A stretch of 64,000 nt of DNA from Lama guanicoe (lineage: Eukaryota): assembly GCA_013239625.1 (NCBI GenBank), contig MU055549.1, positions 4,137,872-4,201,871 of the forward strand, written 5' to 3'. Numbering within the stretch: the first letter of the stretch is position 1; each line of letters begins with the position of its first letter. The notes below the pieces were generated by a model. That model made no database searches. It saw nothing but the letters and a program-made list of their open reading frames with translations, and had not been told where the DNA came from. This document shows, piece by piece, positions 23,990 to 37,899 of the stretch. A program made the position numbers and the translations under genes.

Positions 23990-25650
23990 TATTAATGCCT
24001 GTTGATCAAGGGAACAGAACAGAGAGTCCAGAAACAGACATGTGTGTATCTGAAACTCTGATAGAGAACAGAAATGACGTGACACAAGGGGGAGACCAGT
24101 CAATAAATGGAGCTGGGAAATCAGTTTTCCATACAGGAAAAGAGAACTGGATCCCTAATTCACACCCGACCTGGCCTGATATGAACGCCCCAGCCCCTCC
24201 TGGAATTGCACAGTGTATACAACCTGCTCTATCATACATGGTAGCCTTGAACCTTAATGACAAACCAAGAGAGGGTAAGACTTACAGTAGAAAGCAAAAC
24301 TGTGAAAGCCTTAGAAGAAGAAAATGTCTCCTCATTGTGGGTACGGATTTGCCAGACAAGATCCCTAAAGAGCTCACTGACTATGACACAAAAGACTGCA
24401 ACATCAGATTATCATAAAATAACTCCATGTCATCAACAAATACCAAGGGTGTGAAAAGACAGGGAATTAACTGGGACAAGACACTTGCAACACATAACAA
24501 ACACCAACAAGGCTCAGTGCCAAGGAATCGTAGAGAAATCTTATAAATCAGTTAGAAAAGGGCAAAAACACACCAGAACAATGAGCGAAAGGCATGAACA
24601 GGCACTTTGCACAAGAGGAAATACGCCATCTGCAAACATACAGAGTGCCGTCTGAGCTCAGGGCTGCAAATCAGAGGCGTGGAGAGATGACATTTAAACC
24701 TATTTAATAAAAACGAGGATGCCAGACAACATTAAGGATGTCAATAAATGAAAGTCATCGTGTCCACTGTGGAAACCATGACCTCGTTGGAAAGCTATTA
24801 AGAGCTACCTTTCAAATTCAGACTTTCACATAATGCTCTCCAGTGCAGCATTTTGTCTCTTTGCAACCTACCGTTCCTTGTGCGGCACGAGACACGCACA
24901 AGATTGCGCCTACAGCACTGTTTGTAAAACAACAAAATGGAATCAACACAAATGTCCTTGATGGGAGAGGGGACAAACGTATGGATGCATGATGTGTAGT
25001 TCGTGCAGTGGTGTATAAGGAAATAACGATGAATAAGCCACAGTTACAGGCATCAATACAGGGAAATAGAATTTTGAGCGGAAAAATACGTGCAGGAAGC
25101 CTATATACGGTGATGGTACCCTTTGTACAAAGTTCAAAAGCAGGCAAAGCTGAAGAGCAGTTTCTTTAGGAACATATCTATGTGTTATAAAAAGATTTTT
25201 TTCTTTCAAGGCTCAGAACACATCCACTAGGATGGCCTTAATCAAAAAGATAATGGTAAGTGTTGATGGGGATGTGGAGAAACTGGAACTCTTGCACATT
25301 GCTGGTGGGAATATAAAGCGGGGCGGCGGCTTTGGAAAGCAGTCTGGCAGTTCCTCCAAACGTCTGCAAGGTAGTTATGATAGGCCCAGGATTCCACCCC
25401 TAGGTATCCACCCAAGAGAAATGAAAACATGCATCCATGTCAAAGCATGTCCATGAAAGTTCGTGACGTTATCCATAGCAGCCCAAGAGTGGAGACGACA
25501 CAGACACCCGTCAACCAATGAACAGATAAACAAAGTGTGGTACATTTGCGTAATAAAACAAAAAGAATGAGGAGCGGATTCATGCTGCAACACGGATGAA
25601 CCTTGAAAACATCACGCTAAGTGAAAGAACTCAATCACGAAAGACAGGCT
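23990..25650 (+). mobile_element. L1 fragments (ORF2 C-terminus/3' region), including a better preserved L1M piece at ~25220-25650
   Basis: gaacagaacagagagtccagaaacagac; ggatgtggagaaactggaactcttgcacattgctggtgggaat; ccacccctaggtatccacccaagagaaatgaaaac. Confidence 0.75.
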
Positions 25651-25728
25651 GAACCGTGGCCACATCAGGCGGGCAGCCCCTGCTGTGTGTGAGCCGCCCC
25701 GGAGGCCGGGCTGCGGGGCGCCCCTGAC

Positions 25729-25863
25729 CTGCTCTCTCTCCTGGACCTCCGTCAGCATCACGATCGTGTGGCACTTCCACTCCCAGACCATCCTCCAGAA
25801 GTCCTCCACCGTGTGTGCCAGGGGCCCCTGCGTGGCGATGAAGTAGTCCTTCTGCCGGTAGCC
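25729..25863 (-). CDS. PTPRE: PTPRE exon ([45 protein letters not shown])
   Basis: aag|GGC...CAG|gtcag, 135 nt. Confidence 0.96.
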
Positions 25864-26708
25864 CTTCAAATGGGAGCAGAGGTTAAAGCCTGGCCTCCAG
25901 CTCGCTTCCGCCGTGGCGGGGCTCGTGAGTCTGGGACGGCTTGGGGCCGGGTGAGAGGTAGCGCCCCCCAGGCTTGCAGGGCCTGAGCCGAGCCCCAGCC
26001 GACACACACACACGTGCGCACACGCACATGCACAGAAAACAGGTCAAGGTGCCCAAACTAGGCAGCCCGCCTCCACTCCTAGGGCATCTCTGAATGGGTG
26101 TTATAAACCCCTTGCTCCCGCCGGCTTTGGTTCTAACACGCCCGTGTGTGCTATCGCTAAGCTAGCATCGCGGTGGGGCAGAGAGCCTGGGCGTGGAGCT
26201 AGAGGAAGTGGGTTCAAATCCCAGGTCCCCGCTTCGGGCCCAAGCGACCCCTGGCACCGTGTTCTCAGCTGTAAATGGGAACCCTCGCACAGACTTGGCT
26301 GCACCTCCTTATCGCTCGCTCTTCAGCTGACTCTGCTGTGTGTGAGGCAGCCTGTGACCGTGTGCCTGGACACGTTCGTGTCGTCCACGCAGAGCTCACG
26401 GGAGAGGATGCGTGTGTAAGCACAGGTAACGGGACTGGGGCGTAACAGGGATGTGAAAGAGAAGTCACTGTCACTGGAGGCAAAATGGAAAACCAGCAAA
26501 CTGCTTGACAGTGCAGCTCCATCCTCTGTTCCCAGAGTTCCTGGTTCGTGTTTTCAATCAAGCGATTCCGCTAATGGAACGGTTTAGATTTCTGGGGGTG
26601 CGTCGATCCTTTCTGACTGTGAACGCAACTTAGTTAATCAAGGGTCTGTGTGATCGGGGATGAAGGGGCGCCCAGCCTCGCCAGGCTCGGCGCAGCCGCT
26701 GTACTCAC

Positions 26709-26785
26709 GTCTATAAAGGACGCGTTGATGTAATCCGTGTACTCCTGGCCCCTTTTCATGGAAAGGATCACGCGGTTGAAGTCAT
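26709..26785 (-). CDS. PTPRE: PTPRE exon (YDFNRVILSMKRGQEYTDYINASFID)
   Basis: cag|AT...GAC|gtgag, 77 nt. Confidence 0.95.
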
Positions 26786-27707
26786 CTGCAAGGCAGTGTG
26801 TCCCCCGGGTCAGCGCAAGCCCCATTCTGCCCTGCAAACCTGCGTGCTGCTACAAGCTTCCGAATACAAAACTTCTTCATGAAATCGCTGAATAAAGTCA
26901 GCTCCTCGGAAGGTTCACTTTATAAAACAGGCTACATAAAATGGCCCCGGGGAAGCTGTGTTTTGGCAGGAGAGTTCTATGGTTTTCACTGGTCATAAAG
27001 TGAAGTCATTCATACCAAAATATAAGTGTTAAAGGTGCTACATTTCAGAAGTAAAAGGCGTGTGGCCAGGCGGGCACCCTGCTCCCGCCCGAGCTCGTGT
27101 CCAGGGAGCGGAGGTCTGCAGTGAGGCTCTCCTCTTCCCTGCAAGACGGGCGCCGGCCCACTTCCCTCTGTGGTTCCTCGGATGCCTCTGCTCCTGCCAG
27201 GCCCGCAGGCCCTGCCTCTCCCGCGACCTTGGGCAGCCCAGTGCCCCGGTGCTTCCCCTCCCACCCCTTGACCCTCCCAAGGCCTCTTCCCGGAAGGTCG
27301 CAGCTGAGTTCCTTTCAGGTCCTGCTGCAGGGCCTGGGCAGGGATCCCAACCCCAGCCCGTGTACAGGGGGTGCCCTGCCTCCAACCAGGCCTGGGGGAG
27401 GAGTGAATGAGATGGGGAACCAGGAGGCACTGACTCATGCCTGAAGCTAATCTCTCTGCTTCCAGGAAGTCCTCCCTCTCCCGCCTCCAAGCCCAGGTCA
27501 CAAGCTGCTGCCCAGACTGCCTGGGTCCCTCGTGCCTCCACAGGTGGGCGTTCTCTTCCCCACACTTGACAGAGCTCCCAGAAGGCGCCCAGCCCTTGAC
27601 TGCTGGTTTACTGAGGTGGGCGGTCAGTGACTTCTCAGCCCCTCACAGGGTGGCAGCCCCTCGGCACCCGCCTCGGGCGTCTACGCTTCGCGGCCGGGCT
27701 GCCTTAC

Positions 27708-27801
27708 ACGGGATGATCTGGATGACTCTGGCCTTCTTCATGTTGGCCGGCAGGTTGCCTGTCCTCATGTTCTCCTTCATGATCCGGACATTTGTCAGTT
27801 T
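27708..27801 (-). CDS. PTPRE: PTPRE exon ([31 protein letters not shown])
   Basis: cag|AAA...CCGT|gtaag, 94 nt. Confidence 0.95.
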
Positions 27802-28150
27802 CTGCAGCCAAGAGGGACACAGCCTTGCAGTTAAAACGCTGCCACTCCCGAGAGGGTGCTCAACCTCCTAGCGCACTACTGTCAAGGGCACCTGCTCAGA
27901 GGGAACACCTGTCTGTCTCCAGACACGTCCTGAGTCTTGGGAAGTAAAAGTACCTCCACGTCACGCCCATCGCCCCCTGCTTCCTGCCCCAGCCGGCTGC
28001 TAAGCTCCGAAAGCCCCATTATTATTCCCTTGAGAGTCACGGGCAGGATAGTTCCCCGGCCTTTTTTGGGGTCAATCAAGAGGCGAAGCGACTGAGAGCA
28101 GCCTCGTTTAAAGGGTGTCCCGTCTTCCCTTAGGGCAGGTCGGCACTTAC

Positions 28151-28300
28151 CCTGAACTCCTCCTCCAGCCCGATCTTGTCGAAGTGGGTGGTGGTGCCGT
28201 GCAGCGTCTGCAGGTGCTTCTCCAGGGAGGACACGTCCAGCTCAGTGTCCCCGTAGAGGTAGTACTCCAGTAAGGCTTGGTAAATGAACGTGTACTGCAT
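28151..28300 (-). CDS. PTPRE: PTPRE exon (MQYTFIYQALLEYYLYGDTEL...GLEEEFR), D1-D2 linker
   Basis: cag|ATG...AGG|gtaag, 150 nt. Confidence 0.96.
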
Positions 28301-28590
28301 CTGCGGGGAGACCCAGAGGAGCTCCGAGGGAGCCGTTCTCTTCTCCTTATGCAAAGGGGAGGCGGTTTGGGGGCAAAGTCAGACTAATGGCCATTTATAA
28401 GGACCCCTGGTGGCCTCTGACCAGGGCCAGGGTGACAGTGGGCGTCACTGCGGGCGTCCTCCCTGCTGGGCCCTGCCCTATGTGCACATCTCGGGGAAAG
28501 TTGCATGCCTGCTAGGTGGCTGGGACGTCTGGGTTTGCTTTGTGACGCTCACGCCAGGGCAAGCGGCCGGAGGAGGAGGGCGTGACTCAC

Positions 28591-28726
28591 ATCGGTCTGA
28601 ACCATCTGTGGGCGCTGGTTGCGGATTCTGGACACGAACTCAAAGACGTCCACCTTCTGCTCGGCGTGCATCATGTCCATCATGGCGTCGATCACTATGA
28701 AGGTGCCCGTCCGGCCCACGCCCGCG
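28591..28726 (-). CDS. PTPRE: PTPRE exon, D1 P-loop second half ([18 protein letters not shown]...QRPQMVQTD)
   Basis: aag|C...GAT|gtgag, 136 nt; completes HCSAGVGR. Confidence 0.96.
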
Positions 28727-30074
28727 CTTGGGGAGAAAGGAGGAGGCCACGTCGTGAGCCCTAAGTGAAGGTCGGGACAGGCTGCCCTGGACAGGAGACC
28801 TCATCACTGAACACAAACCTTGTTTGGTTAATAAGGAGCAAACCCAAGGCGAGACCACCAGAGGGCACCACGACCCTAGTGAAAAGATCTCAAATCTGGG
28901 TCCTCTAGAAACTGTTAAAAGGCTTACGGAACAGAGCGGCTGTCACATCGTGTGAGTTGTACAGGGGAGTCTTTCTTCGCTTACCAAATGTTGTCTTCTC
29001 GTTACCACTTGTGTAATTGGATTTTTTTTTATTGTCACCCTTAATATGGCTTTTCCAGGCTCTTCCTAAGCATGGAGGCTCCCAGGCCAGGTCTGCTGGC
29101 CCTTGAGCCAAGGTCATGAGAACAGGCGGCACCAGCTGGCTCTGTCTGCAACCCTAGCCCTCGCCCCCGGGCTGGTGAAGCCAGCTGGCCCCTAGAGATG
29201 GGCTCCACTGAGAGGTGTCCTCCCCGGGAAGCGGCCAGATTCCTCTCCTGGGTGTGGGTTCCCTTCCTCCCCGTGTTCTCCCCACTGTGCTCCCAGGAAA
29301 TCCTCCCCACTCCCGGACTTGTCGCGTCCTGATCACCACCAGCCAGAGCGGACGGTCCACACATGTCTCCCCAGCTCCCAGGGCTCAGTGGGCACACAAA
29401 TGACCTCAGCCAGCATCGCTGAACAAATAAACCCTGATGGCCCAGACTCGCGTGTGGCAGCCGAGGGCGTCCATCGCTAGGCTGAACCGGGCTTTTCCCT
29501 TCCTGCCCCGGCAGCGTTAACCTCTTCTAAAACATGAAAGTGAGCTTTTAAACAGAAAGGCTCACAATGTAATGAATGAAGTTCCCCCACGTTCCTCTTC
29601 TGGGGGAGGCTGGTACCGTTGCTTCAGGCTCATTTCCAAAATGGTGCTAGGACAGGCAGTGAGGACCCTCCCCCCCAAGAAGGACTCCCCGCCAATCTCA
29701 CCGCGCGGAGGGGGGAAGAGCAGACAGACATGAGAGGCCCCCTCCAGAGGTCTTAGTTCTTTACAAATTCAAAGTAGGAGATAACCATCAGGTGCAGAGC
29801 CAGGTAAAGATGCCCCACCGAGCAGGTGCCTGCAAGGGGCCAGGAAGCAGCCGATTAGAGGCTGGGTCCAAGGTGCCCAGGTACACGCGGGGGAGGGGAT
29901 GCCGAGAGGCCACCTGGCACCAAAGGGACCTTGTCTGTTCCCCCAGGAAAGGTCCCAGGTCAGGGGGTCCTTCCCTGCTGGTCTCTGGATGTTGGTGCGG
30001 AGCTCAGAGCTGTAGTAAGAGACCCCTCACTGCTGTTTCTACAGGGACTGCCTGGCAGGGAGTGTCGGTCCTAG

Positions 30075-30160
30075 TTTTTTAACGGAGGTACTGGGGATGG
30101 AACCCAGGACTCTGTGCATGCTCAGCATGCACTCTACCCCTGAGCTAATACCTGCCCCCC
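30075..30160 (-). mobile_element. Short tRNA-derived SINE (same family as 19734)
   Basis: Reverse complement: tagctcaggggtagagtgcatgctgagcatgcacagagtcctgggttccatccccagtacctcc plus A tail. Confidence 0.78.
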
Positions 30161-32513
30161 ACTGGCTCTTTTTAAGGGGTTAAGAAGATGTTGAGGATGG
30201 GTGTGTGGGAGCAGAGAAGGAAATCACGAAGCTCCTCCACTCCCAGGCCGTACACGCTCCTGACCCTGAGGAACTGGGGGGGACGGGGAGATGAAGTTCA
30301 CTCCCCCTGGAGTCCCCGGGGGCTGCCAGCCGGTGTGAGCCTCTTCCCTGACCCTGTGTGAGAACCGCTGTCGCCCCACGACCTGCTGCCAGGCAGCGCC
30401 CAGACCACCCGTTTGCCGGCATGGGGCTCAGCTTGGGCGGGAAGCACCCCCTGGAGAGAAGGGCTTCCCTGCCCCCCGCCCCCCGCCACGCCAGCAAAGC
30501 AGAACTTGAGGAGGGAGAGCCGGGGGGCAGTAGCAGCACCAAAGGAAAACACTACCACAGAGGGGCGACTTCTGTCCTCGGTGGCAGAGGCTAATTCCCG
30601 GTGCGGAGTGGGGCAGAGGGTGAAGCTAAGACAAGAGGTGAACACAGCTGCCCGGGCACCTGCGGCAAGGAGGCGGTGAGCGGGGGAGGGGCTGCGCCCT
30701 AAGGTTGCACACGCACAACGGATCTGGAGGGATCGGAACACAACAGAACTGAGCCGCTCCCTGCAGCCACCCCTCAACTCAACACAGAGGCCGCCCCTTT
30801 TCTCCTGCCGTCCAGAGCTGAGCGGGCCTTGTAAAGCTATCGGGAGCTGGACGCACAGCTCCCCTGCCAGCTGCTTCTCCAGCGGAGGGCGTTTGGACTC
30901 TCCGCCCAAATGACGCGCTGCTGACAGAGGTCCCCACCATCTCAGTTACAGTGGGACCACATCTCTGAGGGGTTTCTCAGAAACCCCTGTGCAGGGACTC
31001 AGGCCTGCCGGCCCCTCCGTCCAGGCTCAAGGAGGGAGGACCCTGCTCACTGGGTGTCAGAGTTTGGACACTGAGTTTCCAGCTGTTACGGATGGGGGCA
31101 TTCTGAGTATTACGGTGCTGCCGGGGACAAAAGGCACCTGCACACAGTGGCACAGGGGCTCTGAACCTGCCACACAGGTGTTCAGGTGTTCAGCAGAAGC
31201 CACCGGGAGACTCTGGCTTTCAGGAAGTCTGAGCAAGAATGGGATCTGCCCTAAGACGCCATCACGGGGGCAGGTGGAGCTGGACCACGCCCCACTCCCC
31301 TCCAGTGCAGCTGCTGGGAGGAGCGTGCAGCGCCAGGGAGCAGGAATCCTACAGGTGCCACCTCACGTAATGCATAGTGGCTCCAATGGGGCTGATCTAG
31401 GATTCCATCCCTGGCCAGGATGCTAGGATCTCCCCTCTGACTCCCAAACCTCCCAGCCTGGGCAGCGAGGGATAGAGAAGAAGCCCCTGGGCTGGGGCGC
31501 TGGGGGACACAGAAGAGAGCCAGCCAGCGCCTTTGGGTTCTGACCATGAGTTCACCAAGGGGACGGGGAGCGAGGCAATGGGACGGTCTCGTCTTTTGTG
31601 CCTTTGTCTTAGAAAACAAAACATGCACAAGCCGGTTGGCCAACCAGAAGTCCAAGGCCTTTTCAGGAACGTGCCTTTATGTATCAGAAGCCAAACAGGG
31701 CATTTAGTCATGAGCTGTGGGGGGCGAATTTGTGCACTGATTCTGTGGACTGGGGAGCCCAGAGCAACTAAGAGCCCAGTGTGAGAACAACTGGAGGGCG
31801 TCCGGGGATGCAGAGGCAGAGGGAGACACGCTCTGGAAACAGCAGGCATTTCCGAGCCTACCTTCCCACAACCTCAGGAGCAGTCACAGCGGTGGGCGCA
31901 GTGCTTCGTGTCCTGCACAGCCCACCTCCGACGTGAGTCTCACCCTCCCAGGCTGTCCTTCCCACCACACATGCGGAAACCAGGCAAGCCACAGCCGGCC
32001 AAGGGCAGACTGGACCACAGACCGGGTCTCCAGGACACCGGTTCTGGCTGGCTCTGCTCCGGCTGCTATTCGCTGGGGCCCAGGGCTCAGCCCCCAGCCG
32101 CTCCAAGCCTCACGGGCCCTTGTATTAAGACTTGGGGGTCCCCTGTAGAGGCATGGTTTCCATCTCTGTTCTCGGAGGTGACTTGAGGGTCTCCAGGGGG
32201 TGGTGAATGGGAGGCCAAGTGGACCGTCTAGAGCCCCACCCCCACCATCAATTTGGGCCTCTCAACTCCTGCTGTTTTTGACAGTGAGGCTCCCCGCCGG
32301 GGCCACGGGTGAGAGGGCTCTGCTACCCGGGACGGGGATGGACCTCCAGCTCTCGGCCTGAGGGATTCTCTCAGCCGCACCTGGTATCCGGGAGGTGTTT
32401 TGCATCGCCCCAGCCGGCCCCCCTGCACACGCCGATACCATCTGCTGATCATTCTCCCACTGGGGGCAGAGTCCTCCCTGGGGGCCCGCCCCACAGCCCC
32501 GGCCCGCACGTAC

Positions 32514-32677
32514 CTACAGTGGACCACGATGGGCCCGGCGTGCGCAGGGTTGAGCGTCCTCACTTTTTTCAGGAACTTAAGCATGCCGATGGGGGTGAAA
32601 GGCACTCCGAAGTCGGGCCAGCTGGTGAAGTGCAGCTGGCAGACGAGCCGAGGGGCTTTGCAGCCGTCGGGGAGCTG
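32514..32677 (-). CDS. PTPRE: PTPRE exon, D1 WPD loop ([26 protein letters not shown]...PIVVHC)
   Basis: cag|CAG...TGTAG|gtacg, 164 nt. Confidence 0.96.
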
Positions 32678-33904
32678 CTGTGGGACACGGGGACATGTGA
32701 GTGGGCGGGCGGCCCCTGCTCCCCACAACACCACACTCTGAGGGTGCTTGCTCTGGCTCCCCCTCCGCCTTCCAGGAGTGAGCAGAGCCCCTCAGTGAAG
32801 GCAGGTCACCCCCGAGTGAGAGAGCCTGACGCTCACTGCTGGCTCCGGACACGCTCCACAGCAGCGCCTAAGGGCACCTGATCCAGGACTGGGCCAGGCA
32901 GGCCCCGGGCAGCCAGACACTTTCCTGCGGCTGGCCCTGTGGCTTGTGGACGCCACTGGTAAGCAGGGTGTTCACATTCTGGGTGCCGACTTTGTGCCTA
33001 CGATGGTCCTGTGTAACTACTGACAGCACAAGCTTTCACTCCCAAAAGCATCTTAATTTGCAGGGGAGAGCTGTGGTTGGCCTACCCTCAGGAGACCTCC
33101 CAGCCCCTCCCTCAAAGCCTCTCTCAGGTTTTATTACTTGGAACTCAGGAGTTTGGTTTTCTGTTCCAGACCACAGAAACTTGGAGTATTTGGGAGTGTC
33201 TGTATATTCTGGGAGGGAGGCAAGCCAGGGACAGTAAAAATTATAAAACTCAGCCTCTTCCCCTTTTTGCTATGGCTTCTAGGAACCTCAGAATCATATG
33301 TTGTGATCTAATTATACCAATTACTCTACCTTTGATTATTGATAACATGACTTTCTGGTTTTTTTTTCTCTGTTTTTTAAAAAATCTCTCTTAAATTTCA
33401 TCTGCCTTGCATACAGGTATCTTTATTGAAGACTGCCTTAAATCCTATAGGAGGAGGGGGGCTAAGAGGAAATGAGTGTGAAAAATACTGAGATGTTCCA
33501 GATATAACTTTGAAACTGTTAAAAAAAAAAACAAACTCACTTCACCATTCCAGTGTTTGCAATAATGTGCCACTGAGTGGGGACCCCACTAAACTCCATG
33601 ACCCCCCAGCTGATTCAACTTCCTTCACCCAGAATGGTCACTGGGAGCCAGAAGCATCTGGCCCTGTCTCCAGACTCCTGTGCCCTGTCTAACATTTGCT
33701 CCTTTGGACTCACATCTTCCACCCACTGATGACCCTTCCCGGCCCCGCCAGGCACCTCCTCCAGCCTCAGCCTCCACTCAGCAGAGCTGCTGCATGATTA
33801 GGGGGCAAAGCTCTTCGTGTTATAAAACGTAGTCCTGGGTTTACTCTCAACGCTGCTCTCTGGAAGGATCGCCTCTCCAGAAAGTCAAGAATGTCAATGC
33901 TTAC

Positions 33905-34024
33905 TGACTGAATGCAGAACTTCCGGACGGTGTAGTCCACCAGAACCACGCAGTCCTCCACGCACACGCGGATGTTTCCGTAGGTCCAGCAGCCCTGGTC
34001 CGGCCAGTACTGATAGCACTTCTC
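33905..34024 (-). CDS. PTPRE: PTPRE exon ([24 protein letters not shown]...KFCIQS)
   Basis: tag|GAG...TCA|gtaag, 120 nt. Confidence 0.95.
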
Positions 34025-37000
34025 CTACGTGGAACAAGTGAACAGAAACGTCAGGTCTGTGGGGGCCTTTGATCAACTCGTCACCCCGACCCTGGCCACT
34101 GACACAAGGCCTCACACACACCAGGCTCGAGGGAAACTGTCCTCCAAGCTGGGACGTGTGTTTCCATCTCATCAGTGGGCAAACAGAGACCACGCAGTGG
34201 TTAAGGGTCTCACTGAGACCAGAATCGGGCTGTTCGTGATTTCGACAACAAGCCTGTCTTGCTGACTCATCGATTCATTAAACTCACATCTTGATTGAAC
34301 CATGTGTCTGAGCAGCTCCCTTCAGACCCCGGAACTTGAGCAGAAGTGGCCCCACCTGGGGCGGGGCTGAACCAAGCCCTACAGGAGCGTGTGCACCCCA
34401 AACACTGCCCACTGGATGCAGAGGGGAGCTTCTTCCTGCTCGGCGCTAAGGACAGACTTAATCTGCATCACGCCCATCCCCCACGTAGGGGTACTGAGCT
34501 TGTGGTCCACTGGGCGCTCCTGGCTCATCTCCAACCAGGAAGAGGCCGATGCAGGAATCTGCAGAGCTGGGACTGTGGTCACAGGCTGTTTCTCTGCCTT
34601 CCTTCCCCCAGAACTACAAATGGCATAAACACAAGAGGGTGGGGTCAGGGCGCCCCCAGCCCCTGACCCCAGGCCATCCTCCTACAAAGAGGACAGGAGG
34701 ATGCACCTAAGGGGTAGACACCTGCTCTACAGCCACAGGAGAGGCCCTGGGGGTCAGCAAGCCATCCACACACCAGGCGGTTTTCCGTGGAAAATGCCAG
34801 AGAGCACAGCTAAGGGGTTAAGTCACGAGGATTAATCATCTTATAAACCAAGAGGCAGCTGGTATTCACCAGAGCTCAGAGCTTGTGTGATGAACCCACG
34901 GGACAACTTCCCCTCCCACAGCCTGGCCCTGGGCATCTCTGGAGGGACCTCGAGGAGAAGCCAATCCCTGAAGGTCCAGGTTTGGGCCAGGATTGGCCTC
35001 CAGGGGACCCTCCTGAGATTCTCGCCTCGAGACTCTCACTCGGGGGCCCAAGGGCTGTTTCTCAGGCCCCTATAGGGCTCAGCGTGTGTGATGGTTTCAC
35101 AGCCTCGGCCTCCCGTCTACACAGTGGACGCCGTCCCCTCCCTGCCGTCAGATCATGAGATGCCAGAGCAGCTGCATTTCACAACATTGAGCCAGGATGT
35201 CGAAGCCAGGGAGACCACAACAGAAGTGTAAGCAATGAAGAAAAAGGGAACTCTATTGAGAAATGATTTCATCTGAAACAGTGAAAATCAACATACAGAA
35301 GCCAGCCAGCTCTGAGTCACAGAAATGGAAAAATCCAGTAGGAGGCTTCAAAGAGCCGTGAGAAACCGTCAAGTAACATAGCAACGGAATGACGGACGGG
35401 AGACAGGGTGCTCTGCGCCTGGCTGCCTCCGCACCGGTCCCGTGTTCCGTGTTGGTAAACAGGTCCCCAGAAGCCTGGGCCCAGAGGGCAGCTGGTCCAG
35501 GGGAGGCGAGGCTCCAGGCCAGCCCCCTCTCCCAGGGTGGGCCTGCAGAGCATCCGCGCAGAGCGCGGGGGCAGCAGCCTCGCCCCCACAACCAGGGAAG
35601 GGTCCCCGCCTGGAAACCCCCTGCCTCCTGCCCCTGTTTCCGGTGAGAGAGGGCGGCGGGGGCAGGATTCACACGGAGGGGTGGCCCTCCCAGCCCTGCC
35701 CCAACTCCCTCGAAAACAAGAAAACCCCTCACCTCTCCCTGACCAGAAGCGGCGGTTGGAGCCTCTTCCTGTGCTTTTCTGCGCGGAACAAATTGGAGGT
35801 GGGGGAACGGGGGGCACTCTGCAGCTGCTCTGCCCGCTGGCTGCCTCCCCCGCACACCCCAGCTGAGCTCCCCATGGCCGTCACTGCCACCTCAAAGGGC
35901 AGCCCATCCCCGAGCCCTGAGCCCTGAGCCGAGCTGCCTGGGCTTCGCTGGGAGCCCCGTGGCGGTCAGAGAGGACAGAGGGCAGAGGTGGGGTCAGGCG
36001 CCTTCCGCCCACGCTGCTGGCCACCACCCCTGTTCTGGCCCCCAAGCTAGAACCAGCGGGAAGAACCATTCCCTGCCACCAGCAGGCCTCCCTCCAGCTC
36101 CCAATTCCCCTTTCATTCTGGAGAGTGAGCTCACTTCCTAAAGCACAGACCCCTGCTCACAGCTGAGAACCCCCAAGGCCCCCTCTGCCCACTGGCTCTC
36201 CCTGCCATCTGAGCCCCGAGCCCTGGTTCCTTGATGCCTTTCTAGCTGTCCTGTCCCCAGGCGCAGGCACCCTGGCTCCGGGGCCGGCAGACTGCTCCCA
36301 GCCTCGCGCATGTCTCCCTGCCCCACTGCTTCTCTCCAGGTGCATCTGGTAACCCTGGCACCAGCTGGCACCACCATTAGCCCCTAATCGTGCACTCCTG
36401 CCCTGGCCCGGGCCCCGGCCCCTGCTCCACACCTCCAGAGCCACGGTCACGCTGTGTCCTGCTTTACTCCACAGGGGTCTGTGTCCCTCAGCTAGAAAGC
36501 GAATGACTCCGGGCATGGAAAGGCTGTGCACCCCAAGTGGAGCCCAGTGCTGGCGCACACCAAGCTCTGCCCTGGCCTTGTCCTCGGGGTGGCTGTCCCT
36601 CCAGGACCACCCCTGTCCCTGTTACTCTCCATTACATGTTATGTCACCTCCCGACAGAATCCACATTGATTTGCTTTGTGTTTGGCACCAGCCTCTCACA
36701 GTGGGTGGAAATGGCTTGAGGGGTTTGCCTGCTGCCTCCCTGGGAGTCCTGGGTGGGCGGGGGGCAGATGCTAACAGTCCTTGCCACAGAGAGGAAATGA
36801 GCCAGTTTAACTTTTATTCTTCAGAGAGATTTCAAGTTCTTATAACGCACATGCATTACTCTTTGAATTAGAAGTGGCTGATTAAACCCACTGAAGTGAC
36901 AAGCGAATAGTACTTTAAGATGCCTTGTTTTTCAAATGCATTTTGCTGGTCTGTGTAGGAGGCAGGAAATCTTTTTTTTTTTAATAGTCTGCGGCCCAAC

Positions 37001-37319
37001 GCATTATATGCCCAAGACACTAAAAATCTATATATCAAAATCCATCGCTCCCCCCGTGGAGGAAGGGCTGTTGGGCCAACCGGGGACGACCCTCGGCTGA
37101 AAAAAAGGAAGTTCTGGCAGCAGTTTTGTATGCTTGTCTAGGACGGTGGGATACTTGGAACACAGAGAGTTTATGTCAAAATAGAAGTGCCTGCGCTGCC
37201 GGGTGCATTCTGTCTCCTGCAGCGACAAGAAAGTGCAGAAGCGGAGAGGAAGCGGCAACCCCCCACCCAGCCGCACAGCGGCGGCCGAGCCGGAAGAGTC
37301 AGAGGCCAGCGGGGCTCAC

Positions 37320-37417
37320 CTCTTTTCTTTCTTTCAGGTTCGTCAACATGACGATGGTCGCAGACTTCTGTTCCCAGATCATTCTCCAGAAGTCGTTGAC
37401 TGTCTCCTGTTTAGGGC
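37320..37417 (-). CDS. PTPRE: PTPRE exon ([33 protein letters not shown])
   Basis: cag|GC...GAG|gtgag, 98 nt. Confidence 0.96.
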
Positions 37418-37899
37418 CTGTGAGGAGAGGACGGTCCTCAGGTCAGACAGAGAGGTCGCTGCAAGCCCCTGGCCCGTCACCCTGGCCCCCAGGGGACACC
37501 TGCTCCCGCCTTCCCTGAGGACGGAGATGAGGGGCCCGCTGGTCCATTTCATGCCCCACAGAACCCCGAGCGGGTGGCCAGCCTCCCCTGCCGTCCTGCC
37601 ACTCTCCCCAGGGGCCCGCTGGGGCTGAGAGCCTCAGGAGCTAAGGAACTGGACCCAGTTGGGTGATTATCTTCACGGCAATAAAGGGTATGCAGACAGG
37701 AGTTGGGTCTCCAGCTGCCTGTCAACGTGGTTTGTATCCACTAAGGGGATTGTCAAAGTTTCGAATATGACTCCCCCCCCACCAAGAACCACTGAATCAA
37801 AGTGTGTGTGTGTGTGCGTGTGAGAGAGAGAAAGGGAGAGACTGACTGACTGCAGGCTGACAGACCCGCTTGTCCCGTCTAATCGCTTTCCTTTGCAAA

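Noticed and set aside
22624-27801. WPE for WPD and KARV for KNRY in PTPRE D2 as inactivating novelties
   Set aside because: Normal features of the low-activity D2 domain of this receptor PTP.
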